The translations under genes and the position numbers were made by a program. The notes under the pieces are model-generated. The model worked only from the letters and a program-made list of their open reading frames with translations, was not told where the DNA came from and did no database searches. DNA of 64,000 nt from Escherichia phage EC148. This document shows, piece after piece, positions 25,987 to 35,812 of this stretch. Position 1 is the stretch's first letter; every line of letters starts with the position of its first letter. The stretch is from sequence record NC_106721.1; one strand, given 5' to 3'.

Positions 25987-26415
25987 ATGTTCAATAATGT
26001 ATTCTCTAAAGAAGCTAACCCAATTTTGGTTAACTTTTGGCGTACTCTACCGGCTAGCCTGTATAATGAGGCTATTAACTCCTTGAAAATATGGTGTGAG
26101 AATAACGAAATCTCCTTTGCTTTTAAAGATGATATTGATGAGGCCCCCTGTATTGGTTTAATTGTGCAGGTAGAGGATGGTCTTGAAGAGATTGTGGGCT
26201 GGAAAGAGTTAGACGAAATGGGCTTAGTTTTTGCGTTAAATTATAAGCTGTTTATGCCTGCTAAGCATCGCCTTGTTGTTAACTATAAAACTAGTGAATC
26301 TCCTGGTTTTCAGGTTAATGAACGTTATGGTTGGTCTTACTCACCGGAAGAAGTAAATGAGGGGATTCAGAAACTTCGACGTTTCGGGTATATGATCCCA
26401 GGTTTAACTGCTTAA
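25987..26415 (+). CDS. hypothetical protein, paralogue A of a tandem pair
   Basis: Shares architecture and C-terminal ...GYMIPGL motif with the next ORF. Confidence 0.5.
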   Translation: MFNNVFSKEANPILVNFWRTLPASLYNEAINSLKIWCENNEISFAFKDDIDEAPCIGLIVQVEDGLEEIVGWKELDEMGLVFALNYKLFMPAKHRLVVNYKTSESPGFQVNERYGWSYSPEEVNEGIQKLRRFGYMIPGLTA

Positions 26416-26424
26416 GGAGGCAGA

Positions 26425-26817
26425 ATGGAACAAGTATATTGGCGTCAGATTGATCCTAGTTTGGTGAAACGTGCGGAGAAGCTGCTACAACGTTGGTTGG
26501 GGGTAAGACAAGCCTCCTTCACTTTTCCGGAGCAGCAAATAGATGATCCCTGTGTTGGTGTTTTCCTATCCGGCTACGCGGGGGAATGGGAGTTGGATTG
26601 GAATGAGTTGTCTGCTATGGGTTTAATTGTTGCCCTAAATTTCTCTTTGTTCCACCCACGTGGTTTGGCCATATGTCGTGTGTCGGATGATGGTTGTTCG
26701 CCCCATCTTTTACAGGTGGAAGATGATATTTGGGAGTACACTCCAGATATTCTCAAAGAAGCTAAAGAACAATTAAACCGTGTTGGGATTTATGTTCCAG
26801 GCTTAAATGATGAATGA
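26425..26817 (+). CDS. hypothetical protein, paralogue B of a tandem pair
   Basis: RBS AAGGAGG; ...GIYVPGL C-terminus; MGL(I/V)xALN(F/Y)xLF core shared with the previous ORF. Confidence 0.5.
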   Translation: MEQVYWRQIDPSLVKRAEKLLQRWLGVRQASFTFPEQQIDDPCVGVFLSGYAGEWELDWNELSAMGLIVALNFSLFHPRGLAICRVSDDGCSPHLLQVEDDIWEYTPDILKEAKEQLNRVGIYVPGLNDE

Positions 26818-26908
26818 TTTTTATTAGCTGAACTCTGATTACCGAGTCATTTTGGCTCGGTTTTATCCGTACTCAAGACCAATGATAGCACCATCCGGAA
26901 AATTTTAC

Positions 26909-26937
26909 TTGCAGGATGCCCAAAATCTTGATATAAT
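26909..26937 (+). promoter_or_regulatory. sigma70-type promoter (plus) heading the long leader upstream of the helicase-like gene
   Basis: -35 TTGCAG / 17 nt / -10 TATAAT. Confidence 0.5.
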
Positions 26938-27436
26938 ATTTATATTGAATTGAGAGACATTAGTAAAAATTGATTTTGCTAATTTTTCTTGTTTACAATC
27001 CGCGATACGGAACAGTTAGGCTGCCCCATTAAGGGTTGTTTTAACTGTTACGTGTTAGTTTTTAAACAAATAGTTAATAGAATACTTAGCGATCTGCGTC
27101 CCATAGGAACCCTGGTAAGGCCTCGAAGCAACCTAGTATGAGGTGGTTGTGAAGTGAGATGGGAGGAGTGAAAAACTCCGAGACGTGATTCTGTAAGTTA
27201 TATTGCATCTAGTATGAGCTAGTATATGAAGCATTAGGTGAGCAAATCTGGCTTAGCGGCCATCCTCAAGGATTTGTGCGATATAGCAAAGCAGCAGCGC
27301 AGCGTGAAAGTGGAAGTTGCCACCCCCCTTCAGTATTTGCGATTAATTTGTTGAGAAATTGACAGTAACAGTTGTTCTATTCTTTCTGAATAGTCCTAAA
27401 GAAAACTTATTTTATTTCCAACACAGGAGTATTGTT

Positions 27437-30226
27437 GTGTTCTCAATCCTACAAGGTCATGCAGGATTTCATCGCGATTTAGCCACAGGCAATTGGCGAG
27501 AAGTTAAAGCAGAAGACTATCTTTTTGCTAAAAGATTTTCCTCAAAGCATCCTGAAGGTAAACCAGCCTCAATGCCCTTCAAGTTTGATGTAATTGATGA
27601 AGTTGATCCTCAAACCCTAGTAGAAATGCTTCCTCTTATGAGACGTTTAACGTCTGACCCTCATATCGTTGCGGTACGAGGTCGATGTCTTGCACCTAAA
27701 AATAATGTGCGACGTAAGAAGGGCAACTTTAATGTATCTAATCCAAGTCATATAATTGCAATGGACGTGGATGGTATTGTAGATACAGGTGGTTGTAACA
27801 AGTTTGATCTTGTTGGCATGGCTCGACATATTATTAGGATGTTAAATAGTATTAGTGAGGATATGTTTCCTCTTGATGCAGGGTTTATCGCTCATGCATC
27901 GTCTTCGGCTGGGCTAAAACCAGGTATCCGAATGCACTTAATACTAGAATCTAATGTTAAAGTAACTCAGGGTCAAATCAAATTCTTATTTACATCTATC
28001 AATGAAAGTAGTAGACAAAAGTACGGCTTTGATATTGCCGACTTAGCTTATTACTCTTCCGTACAGCTCCATTATTTTGCAGATCCGTTATTTACTGATG
28101 GTATAGTAGATCCGTTTAAGGCGGAGGGTGCTTCACGTCTGGTATTTGTTAAAGGTTCTAAAGTAAATTTACCAAATAATCTGGTTGACTATGAAACAAC
28201 TAGAGGTGAGTTTAAGGAGGAGTTTTACTCTTTACTCGATCAAATTAAAGGTAAAAAAGCTGCCTCTGATAAAGTAGAGGAAACTATCAGCGAACTAGAA
28301 GAAGCTGAGGATGGGGTGTACTTGCGTATTATCCCCAAACTATACCATAGAGCATTAGAGGATGGTGTTGATTTTGCATGGCTAGAAAAAGAAATCCGTC
28401 CAGCCTTATCAGAATATATCGCAACTAAAGATAACAGTCGTAATATTCAAGATTATTTTAATAACGGTCGTAAGCAGGCTCTGAAAGCGTTTGTTAATAA
28501 TTCTAAACGCGATATACCCGATATTTTAAAAGGTATTCCACTTAAAAAGCTAGAAACTAATTCTCTAGAAACTGATAATTTCTTGAAACTAAATACTGTG
28601 CCACCAGAAGGTTATATGACTTTTGTAAAAGCGAGTTTAGGCACAGGTAAAACCACGGCGGTTGTGCGTTGGTTAGATTCAGGAGTTATTAAAGGTAATT
28701 TTTTAGCAATTACCAATACTAGAGCACTGGTATCTTCAAATGCTAAGAAATTTAGTGCAGGACAATACGATAAGTCTGTAGATATGCTTAATTTTAAGCG
28801 TGGTGCTATTGACCGTATGTCCACAACTATTCACTCTTTGCATAAGTTCAAGAGTTTTATTGGTCAAATTGATGCAATCTTTATCGATGAATGTGATGCA
28901 GTAATGAACGACCTATTATTCGCCCCGGTTGTTAAACAACGTCGTGAATGTATTCAGGTTCTTCGGGATATTCTTGCAACTGCAAAAATCATTATATTAT
29001 CTGATGGGGATATTAGTGCAGAAACAATTGAAGCATATGGTTCTTTGATTGAGTTTGATAAACCGGTTGCATTTTATAATCATCACCGTAAAATGCTATC
29101 AAAAGCTCATGCTTATGAGTTCCCTGATGAATCCAGTATTTGGGTTGCACTTCAGACTTCTCTAGAGATGGGTGAGAAATCTATCCTAGTATCTGACTGT
29201 GGGCCAGATGAACTGAATGAGAAGGGCATGGCATTGCGTCGTAATACGGGTGCGTTAGTTAAGGAAATCCACTCAAACTCTACATCTGATGTGGATATTA
29301 GACGTATTCTGGATTATACAACTAATGAGCTAATTGACCAACAAATTGATTGCTTATTATGTAGTCCATCCGTAACGAGTGGAGTTGACTTCAACTATTT
29401 TGATAACGTATTTGTTATTACTAGAACTAGTAACCAGGCGCCAAACATGCGTTTCCAAGCAATCAGGCGCGACCGTGGTGCTCAGAATATTTATTATTTT
29501 ATTGATAAATCTACGAGTGGATTCTCCGCAGGTTCTGAACAATATAACATTGATGAAGGTTGGCTGGAATTAGCACAGCAATTATACGCACGTCGTAGGG
29601 AGCTGGAGTCTAGGAACTATACTAGTACTTTACGTTATTACTTGCTTGATCAGGGTGCAACTATTGATATTTTCAGTGAAAGCTGGGGAAATATCGAAGG
29701 TGCAGGAAAAGAGTACACGGAAGAGCGAATCAAAGCCATTTTGTATTCAACTCCTGATTATTGTGCTCCACGCCATGCAGATGCGTATGAAGCTAAACTA
29801 CTTCTTGTTCGCTACTATCATCTTGAGTCTATCAAAGATGTAACAGTTGAGCATGTTGAACAATATATCAAGGATAAACCGAATGATCGAGCGGCATTCT
29901 TCCATAAGATGCACGAGATGTTCTGGGAGGATATTAAGAAGTGTTCAAATGTCACTATCAAACCATTCATAGAAGCTCTGAAAGGTAAGAAGAAAGATTT
30001 CTTCCTTAAAACAGGTCAAAGTGCTAACCCAAAATATGCCAGAATGTATCTTGGTATGATGGGTATTGGTAAGGATATGAACACGGAGAATATTGTAGAC
30101 TGGTACAGAACTTATTGTAAAATCGAGTGTATGCCAATCCCATATAAGTTTATGACTGATGAGGAAAAACATATGCATGATGAAGCAATGGCAGAGCTAG
30201 GTGCTAGAAATGACAGTGAAGAATAA
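27437..30226 (+). CDS. large Walker-A/DExD helicase-like protein (possible replication-origin-binding helicase)
   Basis: Walker A SLGTGKTT and FIDECD motif; start set at GTG 27437 with RBS AGGAG; the supplied ORF begins at 27359. Confidence 0.55.
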   Translation: MFSILQGHAGFHRDLATGNWREVKAEDYLFAKRFSSKHPEGKPASMPFKFDVIDEVDPQTLVEMLPLMRRLTSDPHIVAVRGRCLAPKNNVRRKKGNFNVSNPSHIIAMDVDGIVDTGGCNKFDLVGMARHIIRMLNSISEDMFPLDAGFIAHASSSAGLKPGIRMHLILESNVKVTQGQIKFLFTSINESSRQKYGFDIADLAYYSSVQLHYFADPLFTDGIVDPFKAEGASRLVFVKGSKVNLPNNLVDYETTRGEFKEEFYSLLDQIKGKKAASDKVEETISELEEAEDGVYLRIIPKLYHRALEDGVDFAWLEKEIRPALSEYIATKDNSRNIQDYFNNGRKQALKAFVNNSKRDIPDILKGIPLKKLETNSLETDNFLKLNTVPPEGYMTFVKASLGTGKTTAVVRWLDSGVIKGNFLAITNTRALVSSNAKKFSAGQYDKSVDMLNFKRGAIDRMSTTIHSLHKFKSFIGQIDAIFIDECDAVMNDLLFAPVVKQRRECIQVLRDILATAKIIILSDGDISAETIEAYGSLIEFDKPVAFYNHHRKMLSKAHAYEFPDESSIWVALQTSLEMGEKSILVSDCGPDELNEKGMALRRNTGALVKEIHSNSTSDVDIRRILDYTTNELIDQQIDCLLCSPSVTSGVDFNYFDNVFVITRTSNQAPNMRFQAIRRDRGAQNIYYFIDKSTSGFSAGSEQYNIDEGWLELAQQLYARRRELESRNYTSTLRYYLLDQGATIDIFSESWGNIEGAGKEYTEERIKAILYSTPDYCAPRHADAYEAKLLLVRYYHLESIKDVTVEHVEQYIKDKPNDRAAFFHKMHEMFWEDIKKCSNVTIKPFIEALKGKKKDFFLKTGQSANPKYARMYLGMMGIGKDMNTENIVDWYRTYCKIECMPIPYKFMTDEEKHMHDEAMAELGARNDSEE

Positions 30227-30443
30227 AAAATGGGAAACAAGGAAGTTCCCAGTAAAAGAACGTAAAGTTCCTGTTTACGACACTTCGGAAAAGCTATGTA
30301 GGGTGGTACCGCATAGATTAGCTGGCATCCCTAATATATCCGAATGGTTACTTAAACAACGGAAAACAAACGTGTCTCTTCGCATCGGCTTTGAGTTAGA
30401 TAAAGTCTATGCTGAACTTGCTTCTTTGCTCAAGGAATCGTAA
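30201..30443 (+). CDS. hypothetical protein, 80 aa
   Basis: ORF. Confidence 0.4.
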   Translation: MLEMTVKNKKWETRKFPVKERKVPVYDTSEKLCRVVPHRLAGIPNISEWLLKQRKTNVSLRIGFELDKVYAELASLLKES

Positions 30444-30451
30444 AAATTTAT

Positions 30452-30480
30452 TTGCATAGTGCAAAAAATTTCTGTATAAT
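30452..30480 (+). promoter_or_regulatory. sigma70-type promoter (plus)
   Basis: -35 TTGCAT / 17 nt / -10 TATAAT. Confidence 0.6.
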
Positions 30481-30511
30481 AGATTCATAAATTTGAGAGA
30501 GGAGTTTAAAT

Positions 30512-31216
30512 ATGGCTGGTTCTCGTAGAAAGAAACATATCCATGAAATCCCGGATGAAGTCTTTAAAAAGGTTATAGAGCATCTGGAGAACGGTGGTAC
30601 CAAGAAAGCAGCATGTGAAATGCTCGGCGTATCATCCAATCCAACTATGGAAAGGATGATTGAAGAATGGCAAGACCGCCAGATTCAAGTGGCTGAAATG
30701 AAGAAAAAGAAACGTGGCACACTCATTGAAGGCATTGAGTTAGCTAACGTTATTGAACAGTATTTGTCTGGTGATTCTTTTGAAGAAATTGCCGATCGTA
30801 ATTACCGCTCTGTAGCAATGGTTAAATCTGTTCTGGAACGATATGGTGCTCTGCTTCGTTTGAATGATATTGTAGATCCATTGAATCCTCCAATTATTCC
30901 TGATGATGCTGTAGCAGAAGAATTTGCAGTTGGTGAGCTTGTTTGGGTTCCTGGATACCAGTGTATCGGTGAAATCAAAAAAGCAATGGATAACCCTGTT
31001 GGTTGTTACCGTGTATGGCTTCTATCAGAAGGCAAACAACAGAACGTTCATTATATGAATTACGAGCTGGCTTCTGTTAAACATCTGGAAAAGTTAGGGG
31101 TAGACGTAAAATCTCTAGGATATAAGTGGACTCGTGAAGAAATTATTACGTTGATTAACGAAGCTGTTAAGGCTGCCCTGAAACTTGATAAAGAAAAAGG
31201 AAAACGCCGTGAGTAA
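30512..31216 (+). CDS. putative HTH DNA-binding protein
   Basis: N-terminal helix-turn-helix-like segment GGTKKAACEMLGVSSNPT; promoter 30452-30480; RBS GAGAGGAG. Confidence 0.5.
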   Translation: MAGSRRKKHIHEIPDEVFKKVIEHLENGGTKKAACEMLGVSSNPTMERMIEEWQDRQIQVAEMKKKKRGTLIEGIELANVIEQYLSGDSFEEIADRNYRSVAMVKSVLERYGALLRLNDIVDPLNPPIIPDDAVAEEFAVGELVWVPGYQCIGEIKKAMDNPVGCYRVWLLSEGKQQNVHYMNYELASVKHLEKLGVDVKSLGYKWTREEIITLINEAVKAALKLDKEKGKRRE

Positions 31217-31460
31217 GCTAACAGATTTGCTTAAAGATGGGGAAGTAAAAACTCTATATCGTAGAAGCTGGGATAATGACAATAATGGCTTAGTGTTACT
31301 AACTTTAGACGCTGACTCAGATGTAGTTACCCAACATACCTGGGTAGCTGGTAATTATCCCTATAGTGAGGTTGTTACGTTAACAGTATGCGAAGCTATT
31401 GCTGACGATTGGGAGATTGCCAGCATTGATGATATGCTTGCTGTTGGCCTGGTGGAGTAA
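31185..31460 (+). CDS. hypothetical protein
   Basis: ORF overlapping the end of the previous gene; start uncertain. Confidence 0.35.
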   Translation: MIKKKENAVSKLTDLLKDGEVKTLYRRSWDNDNNGLVLLTLDADSDVVTQHTWVAGNYPYSEVVTLTVCEAIADDWEIASIDDMLAVGLVE

Positions 31461-31477
31461 CTACAGAAAAATTTCAG

Positions 31478-31506
31478 TTGCTTAATCCTATAATTCTTGA
31501 TATAAT
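31478..31506 (+). promoter_or_regulatory. sigma70-type promoter (plus)
   Basis: -35 TTGCTT / 17 nt / -10 TATAAT. Confidence 0.6.
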
Positions 31507-31563
31507 ATTCTCATAGTTTGAAAGAACTATTCTGTTTAATTCTTAATTAAGGAAATATAAAAT

Positions 31564-31974
31564 ATGACTACTCCAACTCAGTGGACTGATGAACTGTTCG
31601 AAAAAATGTCTTCCGAATACGTTGCTCGTATGGAGCAATTCCCAGAGGATGAACGTCCGGGTGTTAGCATGGAAATTGTTAGCGAAATTGCTCAGGAAAA
31701 TGGTGTAACTCCGAACGGTTTTCGTATGAAGTTGACCAAAGCAGGTGTATATATCAAGAAAGCTGCTGGCTCTGCTTCTAAATCTAGTGCATCTACTGGA
31801 GAAAAAGCTTCTGGTGGTTCTCGCACTTCCAAAGCCCAAGCTCATGCCGATCTTCGTTCAGCATTCTCTGATGCTGGCCTAGCACCAGATTTTCTGGATG
31901 ATGCAATTATCGACAAACTGACCGGTAAAGCGGCTGCTCATCTGGCAGAAGCAATCCGAGCTATCACTAAGTAA
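31564..31974 (+). CDS. hypothetical protein, translation-optimised codons
   Basis: Promoter 31478-31506; strong host-like codon bias. Confidence 0.5.
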   Translation: MTTPTQWTDELFEKMSSEYVARMEQFPEDERPGVSMEIVSEIAQENGVTPNGFRMKLTKAGVYIKKAAGSASKSSASTGEKASGGSRTSKAQAHADLRSAFSDAGLAPDFLDDAIIDKLTGKAAAHLAEAIRAITK

Positions 31975-32010
31975 TTTTTAGATAAATCCACCAACAAAAG
32001 GAACACAGTT

Positions 32011-32307
32011 ATGACCAAAGCTGAAATTATCGCACAATGTGAAAAATTTGGTGAGTTTTATCTTCATTACGAGAAACTTCGTCAGAAAGGAACCACGTAC
32101 CTTCAGGGTACGATGGAATTTGATCCAGCCCAAGATAAATATCTGGCTGAGCGTATTAAACGTGAACGTATTCGTAAAGCGAAAGATGATGAGATCCTTG
32201 TCTTCTCTCGTACTAATGATAGCTTCCGTTTTATTCCTGTCGAGAAAGTCCGTCGTGTGACTAGCCTCCAATCAGAGTTAGATCGTGCTTCTCCAGTAGG
32301 CCGATAA
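32011..32307 (+). CDS. hypothetical protein
   Basis: ORF followed by terminator 32318-32342. Confidence 0.45.
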   Translation: MTKAEIIAQCEKFGEFYLHYEKLRQKGTTYLQGTMEFDPAQDKYLAERIKRERIRKAKDDEILVFSRTNDSFRFIPVEKVRRVTSLQSELDRASPVGR

Positions 32308-32317
32308 GAAACCAATT

Positions 32318-32342
32318 AGCCCCTATATGGGGCTTTTTGTGT
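32318..32342 (+). terminator. rho-independent terminator (plus)
   Basis: AGCCCCTATATGGGGCT hairpin followed by TTTTTG. Confidence 0.65.
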
Positions 32343-32357
32343 ATTTGGGATATGTAA

Positions 32358-32666
32358 ATGAGCGAACAGGTAAATCAAAACTATGAAGGACACGTTGATG
32401 ACCAGTCCATCATACTTTGGGAGAAGGAGGGGGAACAAGTAAGATTAACAGTATCTGAATTTCGTGGGAATCTATACATGGGTATTCGTTACTGGCTTCT
32501 TGATATTAATGATGAATGGTTTCCAACGAAATCTGGCTTCTCTTTTCCTTACACCCTAGAAACAACATCACAGCTTTTCTATGCGTTTACACAGATTCTT
32601 AGCGAATCTGAGGTTTTACATGAAGTACAGAAACGAGCTGAAGAACTCAAAGCCAAGAATGCCTAG
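32358..32666 (+). CDS. hypothetical protein
   Basis: ORF followed by hairpin GCCAAGAA...TTCTTGGC. Confidence 0.45.
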   Translation: MSEQVNQNYEGHVDDQSIILWEKEGEQVRLTVSEFRGNLYMGIRYWLLDINDEWFPTKSGFSFPYTLETTSQLFYAFTQILSESEVLHEVQKRAEELKAKNA

Positions 32667-32693
32667 TTCTTGGCTTTTTCTTTATAAATGTAT

Positions 32694-32722
32694 TTGCTTT
32701 CAACTCAGTTTTGTTATATAAT
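32694..32722 (+). promoter_or_regulatory. sigma70-type promoter (plus)
   Basis: -35 TTGCTT / 17 nt / -10 TATAAT. Confidence 0.6.
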
Positions 32723-32752
32723 ATTTATATAAATTAATGAGAGGGTTGCAAA

Positions 32753-33025
32753 GTGAAAAAGATAAGTATAAGTACACTTAAACCTTTCCCGTACATCGGA
32801 CAGCCTCTTATACTTATGTGGGAGGGGAAGATTAATGGAGAAAAGTATACTAAAACTAGAAGTGGGTATAAGCTGATTTCACTTCATTACGAAAAAGAAG
32901 TATTAGTAGCTGAAATATACTCTCCGTTGTCAGATAGGCTAGTAAAAACTACATATTTGCATCTTTGCAAAAATTATACATGGCACGGATCCACTAGACA
33001 ACCCACATACTATGAGGCAGAATAA
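32753..33025 (+). CDS. hypothetical protein
   Basis: ORF downstream of promoter 32694-32722. Confidence 0.45.
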   Translation: MKKISISTLKPFPYIGQPLILMWEGKINGEKYTKTRSGYKLISLHYEKEVLVAEIYSPLSDRLVKTTYLHLCKNYTWHGSTRQPTYYEAE

Positions 33026-33997
33026 ATGACCAATGTAAAAGACTTTATTAAACGTTGCCAAGAAGCATATTATCAAGGTATGTCTTTAATCTCTGATGAA
33101 GAGTATGATTGCCTGGTAAAACGCTTTCCGTTAGAAGAAGAGATCGGACCTAAGGGCGATATTCCACATCTGTATCGTATGTATTCTTTACAGAAAGTTT
33201 ATTATAATCGTGGAGATAAACCTCCGTTTAACCCGTTAGGTCAAGTAGAAACTGATAAGTTAGATGGTTGTGCAATTTCTCTGTTATATATTAATGGCGA
33301 ATTTGTTCAAGCACTAACTCGTGGTAATGGTATTCTAGGGAATGATGTCACAAGCAACGTAAGATTGCTGAATATCCCTAAAAAGATTTCCCAAAAAGTA
33401 CCTACTCAAATCACTGGTGAAGTTCTAATTACAAAAGAAGTAGAAAATAAACGTAACTTTGCCTCTGGTGCTATTAACCTCAAAGATAGTGATGATTTTG
33501 TACAACGTATCGGAGAAGGTGGTTTAATCTTCGTTGCATATGGTATCCAGTGTTCTGCTGAATCTGTAGGTATTACAGAAGCATATTTAAAAGATATGCT
33601 TTGGCTGGAGAATGAGAACTTCTTAACAGTTGTTAATGTGCGTTCCTTCTTTAAATGGATTCCGACGGATGGTAAAGTTGTTCGTATTAATGACAACAAC
33701 AAATTCTTCCGTGAAGGCTGGACTAATAAATTCCCTCGTGGAGCATTCGCTATTAAAGAGGATGAAGAAGGCGAGGTTACAACTCTTACTAAAGTTGAAT
33801 GGCAGGTAGGGGCTTCTGGTAAAGTAACTCCAGTTGGTTATTTCGAACCGGTAATTATTGATGATGCTACAATTGTTAAAGCGACTCTTAATAACGTTGA
33901 TTATATTAACTCTCTTGATCTAGAGATCGGTTGCCAGATTCGAGTGATTCGTGCTGGTGGTGTAATCCCGTGCATAGTAGAGCGAGTATACGAGTAA
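33026..33997 (+). CDS. NAD-dependent DNA ligase, adenylation-domain subunit
   Basis: KxDG active-site motif (TDKLDGCAIS) and LigA-type nucleotidyltransferase/OB region. Confidence 0.8.
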   Translation: MTNVKDFIKRCQEAYYQGMSLISDEEYDCLVKRFPLEEEIGPKGDIPHLYRMYSLQKVYYNRGDKPPFNPLGQVETDKLDGCAISLLYINGEFVQALTRGNGILGNDVTSNVRLLNIPKKISQKVPTQITGEVLITKEVENKRNFASGAINLKDSDDFVQRIGEGGLIFVAYGIQCSAESVGITEAYLKDMLWLENENFLTVVNVRSFFKWIPTDGKVVRINDNNKFFREGWTNKFPRGAFAIKEDEEGEVTTLTKVEWQVGASGKVTPVGYFEPVIIDDATIVKATLNNVDYINSLDLEIGCQIRVIRAGGVIPCIVERVYE

Positions 33998-34140
33998 TAC
34001 ATAACCCTTTGCTACCCATCTACCATATCGGAATTATAAAGTGGTTATTGACATTTTCGCCGCTTAGGTATATACTAGTATCATTCAGTTGAGGGATAGA
34101 AAGTTATGGCGAGGGTAAGCAAAGTTAGTTAAAATTGTAG

Positions 34141-34169
34141 TTGCTAAATGCTTAAATACTTGCTATAAT
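34141..34169 (+). promoter_or_regulatory. sigma70-type promoter (plus) between the two ligase genes
   Basis: -35 TTGCTA / 17 nt / -10 TATAAT. Confidence 0.6.
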
Positions 34170-34196
34170 ATTTATATAAATTGATAAGGAAGAAAT

Positions 34197-34970
34197 TTGA
34201 TGAAAATCGAAATTCCAACACAATGTCCCTCTTGTGGTTCTAAGCTAGATCTTGTCAACGGACAATTATTTTGTCGGAATAAGTCCAACTGTCCAGCGCA
34301 ATCAAGTAAGTTAATTGAGAACTTCTGTACAAAAATGAAGTTAAAGGGTTTTGGTCCAAAAACTATTGAGAAGCTGGAGCTGACGAAGATTTCAGAACTA
34401 TTTTACCTAACCGAAGAAGATTTGGTTAGAGCCGTGGGTAGCAAGGTTGCCGCTAAGTTAATTAGCGAATTAAATACTAAAGTTCGCGGAGACATTGACT
34501 TTGGTTCAGTTCTCGGTTCTTTAGGAATCCCTCTAATTGGAGAGGTTGCAGCAAAGAAATTATCCCAAAATTGCACTAGCTTCCACGATGTGAAGGCTGA
34601 CGGCAAGGCTGGAGAAAATTATAAAGCCTGGCTAAATTCCCCACAAGGCAAGGATGTTATCGAATTACCGTGGAAATTCTCAACTGGTGCTAAAGCTAAA
34701 ACCGTCGTTACTGATGATTTAGTTGCCCAGCCAAATGGAATCGCGGTATGTATTACCGGATCTTTGCAAGACTTTGCAAATCGAACGGATGCAACAAACT
34801 ATTTAGAAGGTCTAGGATATACGGTTAAGAAATCTGTTACCAAAGACGTCAAATACCTAATCTGTGAGGATGAATCGAAGCGTTCTTCCTCATCTTATAA
34901 GAAAGCCGAAACGAATGGGATAGAAATCCTGTCGATTAAAGAACTATTGGAGAAAAATAATAATGTCTAA
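34197..34970 (+). CDS. NAD-dependent DNA ligase, zinc-finger/HhH/BRCT subunit
   Basis: CPSCGS...C...C zinc finger, HhH-like segment, C-terminal BRCT-like region; separated from the adenylation gene by a promoter-containing spacer. Confidence 0.75.
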   Translation: MMKIEIPTQCPSCGSKLDLVNGQLFCRNKSNCPAQSSKLIENFCTKMKLKGFGPKTIEKLELTKISELFYLTEEDLVRAVGSKVAAKLISELNTKVRGDIDFGSVLGSLGIPLIGEVAAKKLSQNCTSFHDVKADGKAGENYKAWLNSPQGKDVIELPWKFSTGAKAKTVVTDDLVAQPNGIAVCITGSLQDFANRTDATNYLEGLGYTVKKSVTKDVKYLICEDESKRSSSSYKKAETNGIEILSIKELLEKNNNV

Positions 34971-35730
34971 ACTGAACTGGAACGTAGAAGGTGTAACCGA
35001 GTCTCTGAAAGCAAAAGCCACTGCTCTGGGTGTTTCTGTAATCTCTCAAGAACAAGTAGCCGCTATCGCCGCTGAACTGGCTGCTGAAACTGGCAAAGAT
35101 GTTACCGCCCGCTCTGTTGGCTCTAAACTGCGTAAAGAAGGTTTTGAAGTACAGAAAGCTAACGAAGTACAGAAATCCCCGTGGACTCCTGAGCAGGAAG
35201 CTGAACTGGTTGATTTCCTGAACGCTCATGCTGGTCAGTATACCTATGCTGAAATCGCTGCTGCTGTAGCTGGTGGTCAGTTCGGTGCTAAGCAGGTACA
35301 GGGTAAGATTCTGAGCCTGGAAATGACCGCTTCTGTTAAACCAACTGAAAAAGCTGCTGCTGTTCGTTCCTTTACTCCGGATGAAGAAACTGATTTTGTT
35401 AATCAGGTTGTTGCTGGTGCTACTATTGAAGCTATCGCTGCTCACTTCGGTCGCAATATTAAGCAGATCCGTGGTAAAGCTCTGAGTCTGCTTCGTGAAG
35501 GTCGTATCGCTGCTATGCCGGTACAGGAAACCTCAAGTGCTAAAACTCGTGAAGATCTGTTAGAAGGTCTGGATCTGGTTAACATGACTGTTGCTGAGAT
35601 CGCTGAGAAAACTGGTAAATCTGAGCGCGGTGTTAAATCTATGCTGTCTCGTCGTGGTCTGGTTGCTAAGGACTATGATGGTGCCGCTAAGCGTGCTAAA
35701 CTGGATGCAAAAGCTGCGGCTGCTGAATAA
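34963..35730 (+). CDS. hypothetical protein with three tandem HTH-like repeats, translation-optimised codons
   Basis: Repeats YAEIAAAV.../IEAIAAHFGRNIKQIRGKALSL/VAEIAEKTGKSERGVKSMLS; followed by strong terminator. Confidence 0.55.
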   Translation: MSKLNWNVEGVTESLKAKATALGVSVISQEQVAAIAAELAAETGKDVTARSVGSKLRKEGFEVQKANEVQKSPWTPEQEAELVDFLNAHAGQYTYAEIAAAVAGGQFGAKQVQGKILSLEMTASVKPTEKAAAVRSFTPDEETDFVNQVVAGATIEAIAAHFGRNIKQIRGKALSLLREGRIAAMPVQETSSAKTREDLLEGLDLVNMTVAEIAEKTGKSERGVKSMLSRRGLVAKDYDGAAKRAKLDAKAAAAE

Positions 35731-35747
35731 TCTGGTAAATTAAACCT

Positions 35748-35781
35748 AAGGGGAGGGGGCTATGCTCCTTCCCCTTTTTGC
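35748..35781 (+). terminator. rho-independent terminator after the HTH-repeat gene
   Basis: AAGGGGAGGG...CCTTCCCCTT hairpin followed by TTTTTG. Confidence 0.65.
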
Positions 35782-35812
35782 ATTTAGAAGGCACGAAAGC
35801 GTGCAAAGGAGA

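Noticed and set aside
27359-27436. ATG start at 27359 for the large helicase-like ORF
   Set aside because: No Shine-Dalgarno site; a GTG with AGGAG RBS at 27437 is a better start
34936-35445. 169-aa minus-strand ORF
   Set aside because: Antisense to the codon-optimised HTH-repeat gene; Ser/Phe-rich composition
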